Source: a virus (taxonomy: Duplodnaviria > Caudoviricetes). From it: a stretch of 64,000 bases of DNA. The stretch lies in the IMG/VR virus record IMGVR_UViG_3300028888_000127, positions 3,964 to 67,963 of that record. One strand, 5' to 3'. The notes beneath the pieces are model-generated. The model searched no databases, had not been told where the DNA came from, and was given only the letters and a program-made list of their open reading frames with translations. Positions 47,524 through 57,370 of the stretch are shown here, in pieces; the stretch's first letter is position 1, and each line of letters opens with the position of its first letter. Made by a program: the position numbers and the translations under genes.

Positions 47524-47874
47524 ATGTTTTCACCAAGGTTAGTGATTAAGAATTATGGTTTAAGCAGGAAAAGGCCGAAGAAAAGTGTTACAAAAAAAGA
47601 AAATGCTGATAACACTTTAGGAAACCATAATGAAAAGAAAGAAGAAAAGGTTGAAGAGGTATATATTGAAAAAGAAAAAACTAGTAAGAATAATAAGAAA
47701 AAAAATAAAAAAGACATGGCAATTAATGAAGAATTAATTTCAGCTGCTGAAGAGCAAGCAAGTGCGTTATCTAATAATGTAAAAGTAGTTAAAAAAGACC
47801 GTGGCTTGATTGAAAGAACCGAGTCATCTAAAATAATTCTTACGGAGGATAATAGACAAGTGTTAAATGACTAA
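47524..47874 (+). CDS. hypothetical charged protein
   Basis: Late motif at 47498-47507; overlaps the start of the next gene. Confidence 0.7.
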   Translation: MFSPRLVIKNYGLSRKRPKKSVTKKENADNTLGNHNEKKEEKVEEVYIEKEKTSKNNKKKNKKDMAINEELISAAEEQASALSNNVKVVKKDRGLIERTESSKIILTEDNRQVLND

Positions 47875-48709
47875 GAATAGTTTAAATGAAATAAAATATA
47901 ACTTTAGGCATTTGGTTGAATACGTAACACCTGATGGTGTCGTTGAAGATGAAAACGACCCAAATGCTATGGGCGGTGGCGACCCAAATGCCGGTGGTGA
48001 TGCTATGGGTGGAGACCCAATGGCTATGGGTGGTGAACCAAATGGAATGGGAGGTGCTCCTATGGGCGGTGACCCAAATGCGATGGGGGACGCTCCTATG
48101 GGTGGCGACCCTAATGCAATGGGTGGTGGACAATCTCCTGAAGGATTTTCTCCACAGGGCGTTGACCCAAATGCAGGAATGGATGGAATGGGTAGTGACC
48201 CAAATGCAATTGGAGGCGCTCCTATGGGCGGCGATACAAATGCAATGGGAAGCGACCAAAATATGCCAGGTCCTAATGATGATGTCATTGAAATTGATGA
48301 TTTAACCGATGCTCAAGAAGATACTGATAAAAAAGTTGATTCATTGACTTCAAAATTTGAAAAATTAATGTCTTCAATTGATGGAATAGAAAAAAGAATC
48401 AATGACATTGATGCACATACAAATCAATATCTTGGGGCACTTAAAGGTGAAATAGAAAAAAGAAATCCAACACCGATGCAAAGATTAACAATGCGTTCAA
48501 CAAAGTCAGCACCATATGATATGACACCAAACGAGTATATGAATAATTATGCTCCTGAAAATTATAGTGATGCTTCAGACAACAATGGCGCTGATGACCC
48601 TCAATATAAAATAACAAAGGGTGATATTGATGATTTTGTTGATTATGGCTCAATTGCAAAAGATATTGAAAACAAAAAAATTGGATTAAATGATATATTT
48701 GGATATTAA
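47867..48709 (+). CDS. hypothetical protein with MGGDPNA repeats
   Basis: Low-complexity Gly/Pro/Met tract, then a coiled-coil segment. Confidence 0.8.
   Translation: MTKNSLNEIKYNFRHLVEYVTPDGVVEDENDPNAMGGGDPNAGGDAMGGDPMAMGGEPNGMGGAPMGGDPNAMGDAPMGGDPNAMGGGQSPEGFSPQGVDPNAGMDGMGSDPNAIGGAPMGGDTNAMGSDQNMPGPNDDVIEIDDLTDAQEDTDKKVDSLTSKFEKLMSSIDGIEKRINDIDAHTNQYLGALKGEIEKRNPTPMQRLTMRSTKSAPYDMTPNEYMNNYAPENYSDASDNNGADDPQYKITKGDIDDFVDYGSIAKDIENKKIGLNDIFGY
47960..48265 (+). repeat. degenerate tandem repeats encoding (A)MGG(D/A/E)P(N/M)
   Basis: Recurrent GACCCAAATGC..ATGGG and CCTATGGG(C/T)GG units. Confidence 0.8.
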
Positions 48710-48838
48710 TAATTATTGGGCTACATTTGTGGCCCAATAATTGTTTTTTTTGCAAACTTTTTGTATATTATATAAAAGTTAGTTTTTATTTATTAACATT
48801 TTTAAAATAATAATTTTATGAAAAAATTTTTGTAATTT

Positions 48839-49828
48839 ATGGGTAATTTAATTGATTTACCAAACATTAGTTTAGATTCAGTAGTAAATGAAAAAAACAA
48901 CGAACAAAAGACAAAAAAAGAAGGTTTTGATGTAAAAAACTACCTAAATGTAAGACTTTCAGAAGGCGAAGACCAAAAGACACTTACAATAAGGCTGTTA
49001 CCGATGGACTTGGAAACAGGTAGTCCGTTTGCGAAGATACACATTCACAACGTTAAAGTCCCTCAAGATATGGTAAAGCCTGGCGAAAAGCCGTATAAAT
49101 CCTACATTTGTTTAAATAAGACAGTTGGAATTGACCATGAAAAGTATGGCACAAAATGTCCATTTTGCGAAATGAACTATGCTGCTTATTTGGAATCAAC
49201 AAAAGAAACAGACCCTGTAAAAAAGAAGGCATTGCAGGATGCTTCTCTTGCGTTTAAGAGCCAAGAGGCTGTAATCGTTAGGTGTATTGAACGTGGAAAA
49301 GAGTCAGATGGAGTTAAGTTTTGGAAATTTAACATTAGGGCAAAGGATAAAACTGACCCATATAACCAAATTTTAAATTTGGCAAAATTAAGAGAAGAAG
49401 CTGCAAAGAAAAAGGGTGAAGTTAATAATATTCTTGACATTTATAATGGGCGTGATTTGAATGTTACAATAACTTCAGCTGAAAAATCAGCACCAAGTAT
49501 TATTGATGATGGTGATAGGAGCCCGTTGTCAAAGGATGAGGAACAAATGAAGAGATGGATTTTCGACACGAAGAAATGGCAAGACGTGTTCACTTGCAAA
49601 CCTTATGAATATCTTAATCTTGTCGCTCAAATGAGAACTCCGTGGTTTGATAAGGCAAAAGGAATTTGGGTTGATAAAGAAGAATACGAGTCTGAACATG
49701 GCGCAAATACAAAAGACATTAATGATGAAATCAAAAATGCAGAGAACAAGGTAAGGGAAAACGAAAAGACTAATAATAATTCATTTGTTGGTTCATTGGA
49801 AATTAACGATGATGATTTACCTTATTAA
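48839..49828 (+). CDS. single-stranded DNA binding protein (gp32-like)
   Basis: TIRLLP...YICLNK...CPFCE...VKFWKF...GRDLNVT, acidic tail DDDLPY. Confidence 0.8.
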   Translation: MGNLIDLPNISLDSVVNEKNNEQKTKKEGFDVKNYLNVRLSEGEDQKTLTIRLLPMDLETGSPFAKIHIHNVKVPQDMVKPGEKPYKSYICLNKTVGIDHEKYGTKCPFCEMNYAAYLESTKETDPVKKKALQDASLAFKSQEAVIVRCIERGKESDGVKFWKFNIRAKDKTDPYNQILNLAKLREEAAKKKGEVNNILDIYNGRDLNVTITSAEKSAPSIIDDGDRSPLSKDEEQMKRWIFDTKKWQDVFTCKPYEYLNLVAQMRTPWFDKAKGIWVDKEEYESEHGANTKDINDEIKNAENKVRENEKTNNNSFVGSLEINDDDLPY

Positions 49829-49831
49829 TGT

Positions 49832-50458
49832 ATGTGTAATCACGGAAAAATTAAATTCAATTATGGGGCAATGGGTAGTGGAAAAAGTCTTCATTTGATT
49901 GCCACTGCCCATAACTTCAAAATGCATTCAATACCTTTTATTGTTCTTAAAAGCAGAATAGACGATAGGGATGGTGAAGATATTGTTCATTCTAGGGCAA
50001 TAGGCGACATTGAATGTGTTGGAATCACTGTTGAAGATAACATTTTTAGCCTTGTTTCAAATTATCTAAATGCAGACCTGTTTTACGGGGCAAAGGGCCT
50101 TAAATGGATTCTTATAGATGAATGCCAATTTTTAACCGAAAAACAAGTTGATGAATTGGCAGCAGTTGCAGATAATTTTGGAATAAATGTTTTATGCTAT
50201 GGATTGAGAACCGATTTTAAAACACAGTTGTTTCCTGGCTCAAAAAGACTATTTGAAATAGCAGATAGCTTTGAAGAAATAAAATCAAGTTGCTATTGCA
50301 ACAGTAAGACTATTTTTAATGCAAGAATAAATAAAGAGGGTGAAATCGTTACTGACGGAGAGCAAATTGAAGTTGGAGGAGACGACAGATATGTGTCTTT
50401 GTGCAGAAAATGCTATTTTGAAAAGACAAATAACCCTTTGTATAATAAAAATGATTAA
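49832..50458 (+). CDS. tdk: thymidine kinase
   Basis: YGAMGSGKS, ILIDECQFL, YGLRTDF...LFPGS, C.C...GGDDRYVSLCRKC. Confidence 0.95.
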   Translation: MCNHGKIKFNYGAMGSGKSLHLIATAHNFKMHSIPFIVLKSRIDDRDGEDIVHSRAIGDIECVGITVEDNIFSLVSNYLNADLFYGAKGLKWILIDECQFLTEKQVDELAAVADNFGINVLCYGLRTDFKTQLFPGSKRLFEIADSFEEIKSSCYCNSKTIFNARINKEGEIVTDGEQIEVGGDDRYVSLCRKCYFEKTNNPLYNKND

Positions 50459-50460
50459 TT

Positions 50461-51684
50461 ATGGCACAGCCACAAAAAAAAGCACCTATTAAAAAGAAGA
50501 ATACAATTTCAGATTTAAAAGCGAAAATGGGATTTGGAGTTTCTGTTGAAAAGGGAGAGATACAAAACGCAAGTAATGCAGATAAACCACTGGAATGGTT
50601 GATTATGCCTAAAGCATTTCAGGATGCACTGAAACTTCCCGGTTATCCGATTGGGTTCGTAAGCACAGTATGCGGACATAGCAACAGTGGAAAATCCACA
50701 TTAATAAATCATGCAATTGTAGCAGCACAGAGACAGGGGTTAATACCAATTATATATGATACTGAGAATAATTTTGACTTTCAGTATGCAATAGATATGG
50801 GAATGGATGCAACACCTGTTTATGGCGATGTAAACGTTGAAGTTGTTGACCCAGAAACAGGTGATGTTTCAGTTGTTAAAGAAAATAGGATAATTGAATA
50901 TGATGGCCCTTTTGTTTATTTTAATAATTCAATTTTAATTGAAAGATACGGCGATATTGATTATTCAACAGGAAAACGAGGCTCGAAAAAAAGAAATAAG
51001 GCTGTAATTGAAGATATTGCATATTCAATAAATGAATTTTTAGAATATCAATCAAATGGAGATATAGAACAAGGATTCGTGTTTTTATGGGATTCTGTTG
51101 GAAGTATTGGCGGTTTGAAATCTTATAATAGTAAAGTTGGAAATCCTATGTTTGATGCTGGAACTATTTCGGCTGCAATGCAAGATATTATGGACAGTGC
51201 AATACCTTCTTCGAGGAAAGTTTCCTCTAAATACACAAATACAATGATAATGGTTAATAAGGTTTGGCTTGATAATACAACAAATCCAGTAGGGCCACCA
51301 AGTTTAGAATTAAAGGGTGGTAGAAGCATTTTCTTTAGAAGCAGACTTATAATTTTGTGCGGTGGGATGCTCAAGTCATCTGTAAAAAAATTAACAGCAA
51401 CTTCAAAAGGGCTTAATTATAACTGGGGTATACAAACAAAAATAAAGGTTTTAAAAAATCAATTGCCAAGCCCGTTTAATGTAACATATGAAGGTGAATT
51501 TATTTGTACTGATATTGGTATTATTGGCACAAGTAAGGAGGAACAAGATGAGTATAAAAAGACAAGAGCAAACGAATTACTTAAAAAACTAAACGAAATT
51601 GCGGAAGGTAATGGATGCTCAAAAATTAACGATATTGGTGAGATTTCATTTGAAGAAAGTAGTGAAGATGAAATAATTGATTAA
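50461..51684 (+). CDS. uvsX: RecA/UvsX-like recombinase
   Basis: GHSNSGKST (Walker A), IYDTENNFD, FLWDSVGS, MVNKVW, KGGRS. Confidence 0.85.
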   Translation: MAQPQKKAPIKKKNTISDLKAKMGFGVSVEKGEIQNASNADKPLEWLIMPKAFQDALKLPGYPIGFVSTVCGHSNSGKSTLINHAIVAAQRQGLIPIIYDTENNFDFQYAIDMGMDATPVYGDVNVEVVDPETGDVSVVKENRIIEYDGPFVYFNNSILIERYGDIDYSTGKRGSKKRNKAVIEDIAYSINEFLEYQSNGDIEQGFVFLWDSVGSIGGLKSYNSKVGNPMFDAGTISAAMQDIMDSAIPSSRKVSSKYTNTMIMVNKVWLDNTTNPVGPPSLELKGGRSIFFRSRLIILCGGMLKSSVKKLTATSKGLNYNWGIQTKIKVLKNQLPSPFNVTYEGEFICTDIGIIGTSKEEQDEYKKTRANELLKKLNEIAEGNGCSKINDIGEISFEESSEDEIID

Positions 51685-51775
51685 AAATCCGAATTTTTTT
51701 TATTTTTCAATTACTATTTATGTTAAAGTAAATTACAATGTATTGTATGACTTTTAATATAAATTAAACAACAAC

Positions 51776-51810
51776 AAGGTGCTACTATGGATATAGTAGT
51801 GCCTTTTTTT
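51776..51810 (+). terminator. intrinsic terminator upstream of phoH
   Basis: AAGGTGCTACTAT-GGAT-ATAGTAGTGCCTT followed by a T tract. Confidence 0.75.
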
Positions 51811-51843
51811 GTTGTTCGTTAATAACTCTAAAAAACTATTTTT

Positions 51844-52659
51844 ATGGCTAAGAAAAAGAGACTTGTGGAATCGTTAGATGAAGATGAACTTGAATACATC
51901 AAGACAAAAATGAATCCTGAAAAGGGGGAAGACAATCCAATTCCTTCAAAGTTGTTAAATTTTAAATTAAAGCTTAAATGCAAAAACCAAAAGCAAAAAG
52001 AGTTGCATAATTTAATAAAAGAGAAACAAATAGTTTTTTGTCAAGGTTCGGCTGGAACCGGAAAATCGTACATTGCGGCTGAGACAGCCCTTGAATTGCT
52101 TAAAAACGGGCCATATAGGAGAGTTATAATTTGTTGTCCAAATGTGGAGTCCTCAACAATGGAAATTGGCTTTTTGCCTGGTGATTTAAGAGATAAAACA
52201 AAAGTTTTTTTTGATGCAATTGAATTTACAATTGAAAAGATACTTGATGATAGTGGAAACTTCAATAGCAAGGATGTTGTTTCAAATTTAATGAAAAATG
52301 GCCTAATAACAGAAGAGGTTGCTTCATTCTTAAGGGGTAAAACATTTGATGATAGTATTATAATTGTTGACGAATCAGAAAATTTTAACAAGCAGGAAAT
52401 GCTTTTGATATTAACGAGAATAGGTAGAAATAGTAAAATGGTGTTTCTTGGTGATAATATGCAAATAGATAGAAAAGACATTAAGAAATCAGGAGAAAAA
52501 TGTGGACTTGATTATGCTTTTGAAACATTAAAAGATGTAGATGACATCGGGTTTCTTGAATTCACAGAAGAGGATATTGTAAGGAACCCAATCATCACGG
52601 AGATACTTAAAAAATGGAATAGTTTAGGGAAAACTGACAATAACAACTATTTATCATAA
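51844..52659 (+). CDS. phoH: PhoH-like ATPase
   Basis: GSAGTGKSY, GFLPGDL..K, FLRGKTF...IIVDESEN, LTRIG..SKMVFLGD..Q.D, DIVRNP. Confidence 0.95.
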   Translation: MAKKKRLVESLDEDELEYIKTKMNPEKGEDNPIPSKLLNFKLKLKCKNQKQKELHNLIKEKQIVFCQGSAGTGKSYIAAETALELLKNGPYRRVIICCPNVESSTMEIGFLPGDLRDKTKVFFDAIEFTIEKILDDSGNFNSKDVVSNLMKNGLITEEVASFLRGKTFDDSIIIVDESENFNKQEMLLILTRIGRNSKMVFLGDNMQIDRKDIKKSGEKCGLDYAFETLKDVDDIGFLEFTEEDIVRNPIITEILKKWNSLGKTDNNNYLS

Positions 52660-52733
52660 CATAAACGAAAATCAGAAACACTTGAAGATTTTAGTGCAAA
52701 CAAGAAAAAATAAGTAAGAAATATTAAAGTTCA

Positions 52734-53612
52734 ATGAAAGTTTTGATTTCAGAGGAGAGACTGTATGGGTTGATTTCAGAATGTGTAAAGAGAATCCTTT
52801 CTGAGAGCAAAGTTATTACGGAAGGTTCAAGCCTGTTGTATCATTTTTTGAATTTTGACAGGTTTAAGTCTGTAGTGGAGACCAATATGTTTACTCCTAC
52901 ATCTTTCGAGAAAGGATGGTTCGGCGGTAAAAACTCTATTTCACTGTCTAGAACCAAGAATTTCAGGGAAGGATGGCCTGTTATAATGTATTCAGGTGAT
53001 GACGGAAAGGGTGACGATTGGTGTGCTATAAGGCTTACGATTGACGGAGATTTAATCAATAGGAAACCGAACTTTAAATATAACGGAAAGCAATACAATA
53101 TGTCAACCAAGGCTTTTGATTGGGCCTACAAGGAGTTTGGGGACGGGGACCCGTATGATTTTTCAGACAATACTGGTGTTTTCGCCAACAACGGGAAGGA
53201 ATGGATGGAGAGGTCCGATGGATACACTACTTCGTATCTTCCGATAGACTATAATGGAGACGATGAATACTACAATGGAGTGTGTGATAAGCAAGGCCAT
53301 CCATATTCACAGGCAGAAGACAGACTTACGACATATGCAGACAAAATACCAAACGCAAACCAATACATACTTAGCGTAGACATAGTGTTGCTTACGCACA
53401 ATTTTAACGACGACAACATGAATGAGCGTATTGAACTTTGCAAGATATGTGAGAATTCTTTCCTTAAAGGAAAAATACACATTTATCGTAGCGAGCGCGA
53501 CTTGATGCTCGGCAGATGGCGTGAAATACGCAACATTCGTGGCTTTTTGCTAGATGATTCTTATTATGAGAATCCGATACCTTTTTATGACAATGTAAAA
53601 AGGGACTTTTAG
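52734..53612 (+). CDS. leader-bearing protein with possible ADP-ribosyltransferase-like fold
   Basis: Leader-like MKVLISEERLYGLISECVKRILSE; LYHF...SISLSR...IRLTIDG...QAEDR. Confidence 0.45.
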   Translation: MKVLISEERLYGLISECVKRILSESKVITEGSSLLYHFLNFDRFKSVVETNMFTPTSFEKGWFGGKNSISLSRTKNFREGWPVIMYSGDDGKGDDWCAIRLTIDGDLINRKPNFKYNGKQYNMSTKAFDWAYKEFGDGDPYDFSDNTGVFANNGKEWMERSDGYTTSYLPIDYNGDDEYYNGVCDKQGHPYSQAEDRLTTYADKIPNANQYILSVDIVLLTHNFNDDNMNERIELCKICENSFLKGKIHIYRSERDLMLGRWREIRNIRGFLLDDSYYENPIPFYDNVKRDF

Positions 53613-53656
53613 ATGTTGTTTTTTTGGGATAAAATTTGTATATTATATAAAAAGCA

Positions 53657-54898
53657 TTGGAAATGGGTCAACCTGTAAGACCAAATATAAAAGAATTACA
53701 TCCTGAGTTGTCCGCAAAGCCGTTTTTTACGTTGATAATTGACGGAAACAATCTTTTGCGCCAATGTATGGCTGATACTAAGGTGAATGCTGATGGTATT
53801 CACTATGGCGGTATATTTCAATTTTTGCTTCAAATTAAGTTAATGCTAAAAGACTATCAATATTCATATGTTTATGTGATTTTTGATGACTCTGAATCTG
53901 GCATTTTGAGGTATCAGTTATACAATGAATACAAATCCAATAGAGATAAAAACTATGCAAAGCACGTTATTGATGGCGATGAGGAAAGTGACTATTGGAA
54001 ACGCTTGAATATGACTATTAAGTGTATGGAAAAGGCCATATATAATAAAAGTAAGAAAAAAGAGCGTGAAGAATTACTTTCTGACGAAGAAAGGGCTTTA
54101 AAAGAAGAAAGAAAGAAGAAAAAAGAGATTGTTGACGAAAATTTTGAGCGAGAACGAAACATTATAATGCAATATTGCGATGAATTGTTCATAAGGGTGC
54201 TTTTTGATAATAAAACAGAGGGTGATGATTTCATTGCATACTACACATTACATAAAAAGCCCGAAGAAAGGGTTGTTATAGTAAGTTCTGACCAAGATTT
54301 AACACAACTAATAACGTCAACTGTTTCAGTTTATGATAGAAGGATTAAAAAATACCTTTCTGTAAAAAATTTCAAGTCAATTAAGGGATACCCTATTGAA
54401 AACGTATTAATAAAAAAGATTTTATGCGGTGACACATCGGACAATATAGGTAATATTAAGGGACTTTCCGAAAACAGATTGATGGAATTGATGCCTGAAA
54501 TGGCGGATAGACCAATTACAATTGATGAAGTCAAGGAAAAAGCACAAAAATTGATAGATGAACGTATTGCTGAGAAGAAGAAGCCATTAAAATGGCATGA
54601 AAATATAGTAAATGGCGTTTCAAACAAGGAATACGATGGGGATTTCTATGAAATTAACGAAAAAATCATTGATTTAAAACATCCATTGCTCACAAAACGT
54701 GCAGAAAACGATATCGAATCAATGATGTATGCACCGATGGACCCTGAAGGCCGTTCATTTGAGAATTTGTATGAAATGATTAAACGTGATGGTATAGAAG
54801 ATTTGATGAATCCAAATTCTTTCTCAAGTTTTTTCGTTCCATTTAAAGAATTGGCCGACAGGGAAAAGAAAAAATTTAAAGAAGAAAACGAAGAATAA
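53657..54898 (+). CDS. 5'-3' exonuclease/flap endonuclease (T4 RNase H-like)
   Basis: IIDGNNL, IFD, YKSNR, EGDDFIA, SSDQDLTQL, LCGDTSDNI..IKGL. Confidence 0.92.
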   Translation: MEMGQPVRPNIKELHPELSAKPFFTLIIDGNNLLRQCMADTKVNADGIHYGGIFQFLLQIKLMLKDYQYSYVYVIFDDSESGILRYQLYNEYKSNRDKNYAKHVIDGDEESDYWKRLNMTIKCMEKAIYNKSKKKEREELLSDEERALKEERKKKKEIVDENFERERNIIMQYCDELFIRVLFDNKTEGDDFIAYYTLHKKPEERVVIVSSDQDLTQLITSTVSVYDRRIKKYLSVKNFKSIKGYPIENVLIKKILCGDTSDNIGNIKGLSENRLMELMPEMADRPITIDEVKEKAQKLIDERIAEKKKPLKWHENIVNGVSNKEYDGDFYEINEKIIDLKHPLLTKRAENDIESMMYAPMDPEGRSFENLYEMIKRDGIEDLMNPNSFSSFFVPFKELADREKKKFKEENEE

Positions 54899-54984
54899 TT
54901 TTTGTTTTTTTAAGAATAATTTTATATAATTTAAATACAATTTTTAACTCAAAATAGATTGTTTAATTTTTAAAATTTTAATTT

Positions 54985-55749
54985 ATGGTGGATTTTAAAA
55001 CGAAGTCCAACGAATCACAACAAAAGGACTATAAAGAAAGATTCGAGTTTGTTTTTACTACGGATGGCAATATAATTTGCCAACGTTATTTCAGAATTAA
55101 CAACTTTAACCCAACAGCCTTGCGCTCTTATGAGTTGACAAATGCAATTAGAAGGTGCGCTTCTATCATTGATAGGGACCTCAGGGATAAAACGCAGATT
55201 TATTTGTCAATTTATGCTCCAAGGGTATTTGATACTCAGGAACAAATGGAAGAGTACATTGCAAAAGATGAAAATTTTGCAAAAATGACTGTTGGAGAAG
55301 GCCTTGTTGTTAAAGGCAACACGGAAACCGATTTTGTCCTTTGTGGTGATAAAACTGCAAAGCCGATTGGTAGTAAGTTTGATGATGGCGAGTTGACCGA
55401 AGCAAAACCAGAAGATAACAAAACTTCTTATAAGTTTGCATTTAAGGTTGACGGGCGGGAAGTTTGTTCTATTGAGTGGGATGGATATTATCCCAAGTTT
55501 GTGAGGGATAAGATTGACCTATCTAACAAGAGGGGTAAGTTCTCTGAGGAGGACACTGAACATTTGACTTTTGAACAATATCTCCTTTATATGATGGTAA
55601 AGGGAAAGTCAGACCTTGTTTATGGCCTTATTAAAAACATTTGCTACGCTTGTAGCTATCCTGATAGCAAGGATTATACGGTGGATGTTGATGACATTTT
55701 TGATTGTTGGAATCACGATTCTGCTATGTTGCTATATAAGATGGTATAA
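54985..55749 (+). CDS. hypothetical protein
   Basis: 254 aa ORF between the exonuclease and helicase genes. Confidence 0.8.
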   Translation: MVDFKTKSNESQQKDYKERFEFVFTTDGNIICQRYFRINNFNPTALRSYELTNAIRRCASIIDRDLRDKTQIYLSIYAPRVFDTQEQMEEYIAKDENFAKMTVGEGLVVKGNTETDFVLCGDKTAKPIGSKFDDGELTEAKPEDNKTSYKFAFKVDGREVCSIEWDGYYPKFVRDKIDLSNKRGKFSEEDTEHLTFEQYLLYMMVKGKSDLVYGLIKNICYACSYPDSKDYTVDVDDIFDCWNHDSAMLLYKMV

Positions 55750-55760
55750 ATATATTATTA

Positions 55761-57290
55761 GTGGGTAAACAATTAGATAAGAGTAACTTAGGTTACTTGG
55801 ATTTGGAATTTCAATATAAATTAGTAAAGATTTTTGTTGAAGAACCAAGATTTTTTGAGGATATCGCATCAATTGTTGACCAAAACGCATTTACTGACGC
55901 ATTACTTAGGACTTTTGTAGGTACAATTAAAGATTACTACAAAAATGAAAATGTAATGCCATCTTACGAAGTCATTGGGTTTTTGCTGAATCAAAAGGCA
56001 AAAACCCAAAATGATATAGATGAGTGGAATGCGCTTATTAAGAAACTTAAATTTGAAACAAGTTATGAGGGTTATACAATTGTAAAAGAAACGGCTTTAC
56101 GATTTTTTAAGCAACAAAATTTAATTAAGGTTGCTAATAAAATTCTTGAAATTGCAGGAAAAGGTGATATTGACCGTTATGAGGAATGCCAAAGAATGTT
56201 AGACGAGGCGGCAATGGCTGGCCAGGATGAGGATTTTGGGTATAATATTTATGAAATGATGGATAAAGCATTGGCAAATGACTATACCGTTTCAATTCCG
56301 ACAGGCGTTAGCGTTCTTGATGATGTTCTTGGCGGAGGCCTTGATAAAGGAAAATTAGGGCTTATAATTGCTCCTGCTGGTTTCGGTAAAACAACATTTA
56401 CGACTGCAATTTGTGCTTATGCGGCAGGATATAAATGCGACATGAATAACAATCAGGGCTATAAGGTGTTGCAGATATATTTTGAAGACGATGATGTTGA
56501 TATAACAAGAAAGCACTATTCAAGAATTACGGGTTTGGAAGCAAGAACCATGAAAAGGCTTTCTCAACAAGATAGAGAAGAGGTTACATCTTGGCTTAAT
56601 AATTTTGAAGATAAAGAAGCATTAAAAAACAACCTAAAGTTAAAACATTTTAAGACAGGTACAAAAAGTGCAAGCGATATTGAAATCTTTGTAAGAAGAT
56701 TAATTAACACAGGATTTAAACCTGATTTGATTTCAATAGACTATTTTGAATGCCTTGCGCCTGAAAAGGGTGGATATTCAACTGATACAGAGTGGACACG
56801 TGAAGGCGTGACTATGAGAAAGTTGGAGAATATGGCACATGACCTTGATTGTGCAATTTGGATTCCTACACAGGGTACAAAAGATAGCATGAATAGTCCT
56901 GATGTTGTTAGAATGGACCAAGCAAGCGGTTCTGCAAAAAAAGTACACGTTGCACAGTTAATTCTTTCAATAGCAAGAGCAATTGGCGATATAGATAAGA
57001 ACAAAGCGGTAATTTCGGTTCTAAAAAATCGTTCAGGAAAGTCAGGAAAAATATTCAATAATGTAAAATTCGATAATGGAACAAGTACTATTTCTTGTGA
57101 TGAGGTTCAAGAGTTTGATGATTCCCTTGCTTGGGATGAAAAAGCGGCTGAACTTCAGCAACAGCAAACAACAAAATTATTTAGGGAGATAAATTCTAAA
57201 AAAGATGAAATAATTTCCCAAAAAACTGATAATAAAGATATTGGAGAATGTAATTTTGTTGGAGTAATAAAGCCAAATGATAATTTTTAA
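55761..57290 (+). CDS. dnaB: replicative DNA helicase (DnaB/gp41-like)
   Basis: IPTGVSVLD..GGGLDKGKLGLIIAPAGFGKTT, YFED, ISIDYFE, WIPTQ, KNRSGKSG. Confidence 0.92.
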   Translation: MGKQLDKSNLGYLDLEFQYKLVKIFVEEPRFFEDIASIVDQNAFTDALLRTFVGTIKDYYKNENVMPSYEVIGFLLNQKAKTQNDIDEWNALIKKLKFETSYEGYTIVKETALRFFKQQNLIKVANKILEIAGKGDIDRYEECQRMLDEAAMAGQDEDFGYNIYEMMDKALANDYTVSIPTGVSVLDDVLGGGLDKGKLGLIIAPAGFGKTTFTTAICAYAAGYKCDMNNNQGYKVLQIYFEDDDVDITRKHYSRITGLEARTMKRLSQQDREEVTSWLNNFEDKEALKNNLKLKHFKTGTKSASDIEIFVRRLINTGFKPDLISIDYFECLAPEKGGYSTDTEWTREGVTMRKLENMAHDLDCAIWIPTQGTKDSMNSPDVVRMDQASGSAKKVHVAQLILSIARAIGDIDKNKAVISVLKNRSGKSGKIFNNVKFDNGTSTISCDEVQEFDDSLAWDEKAAELQQQQTTKLFREINSKKDEIISQKTDNKDIGECNFVGVIKPNDNF

Positions 57291-57370
57291 AAAAAATAAG
57301 AGGTTTTTTGCAACAAATGCGATTGACCTCTTATTTATCTTTAATAGATAAAAATAAAAAAAATAAAAGT

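Noticed and set aside
47863-48305. Alternative-frame and antisense ORFs over the MGGDPNA repeats
   Set aside because: Shadows of the repeat tract.
57308-57370. TTG start extension of nrdD
   Set aside because: The ATP-cone sequence begins at ATG 57371; the upstream stretch is an A-rich leader.
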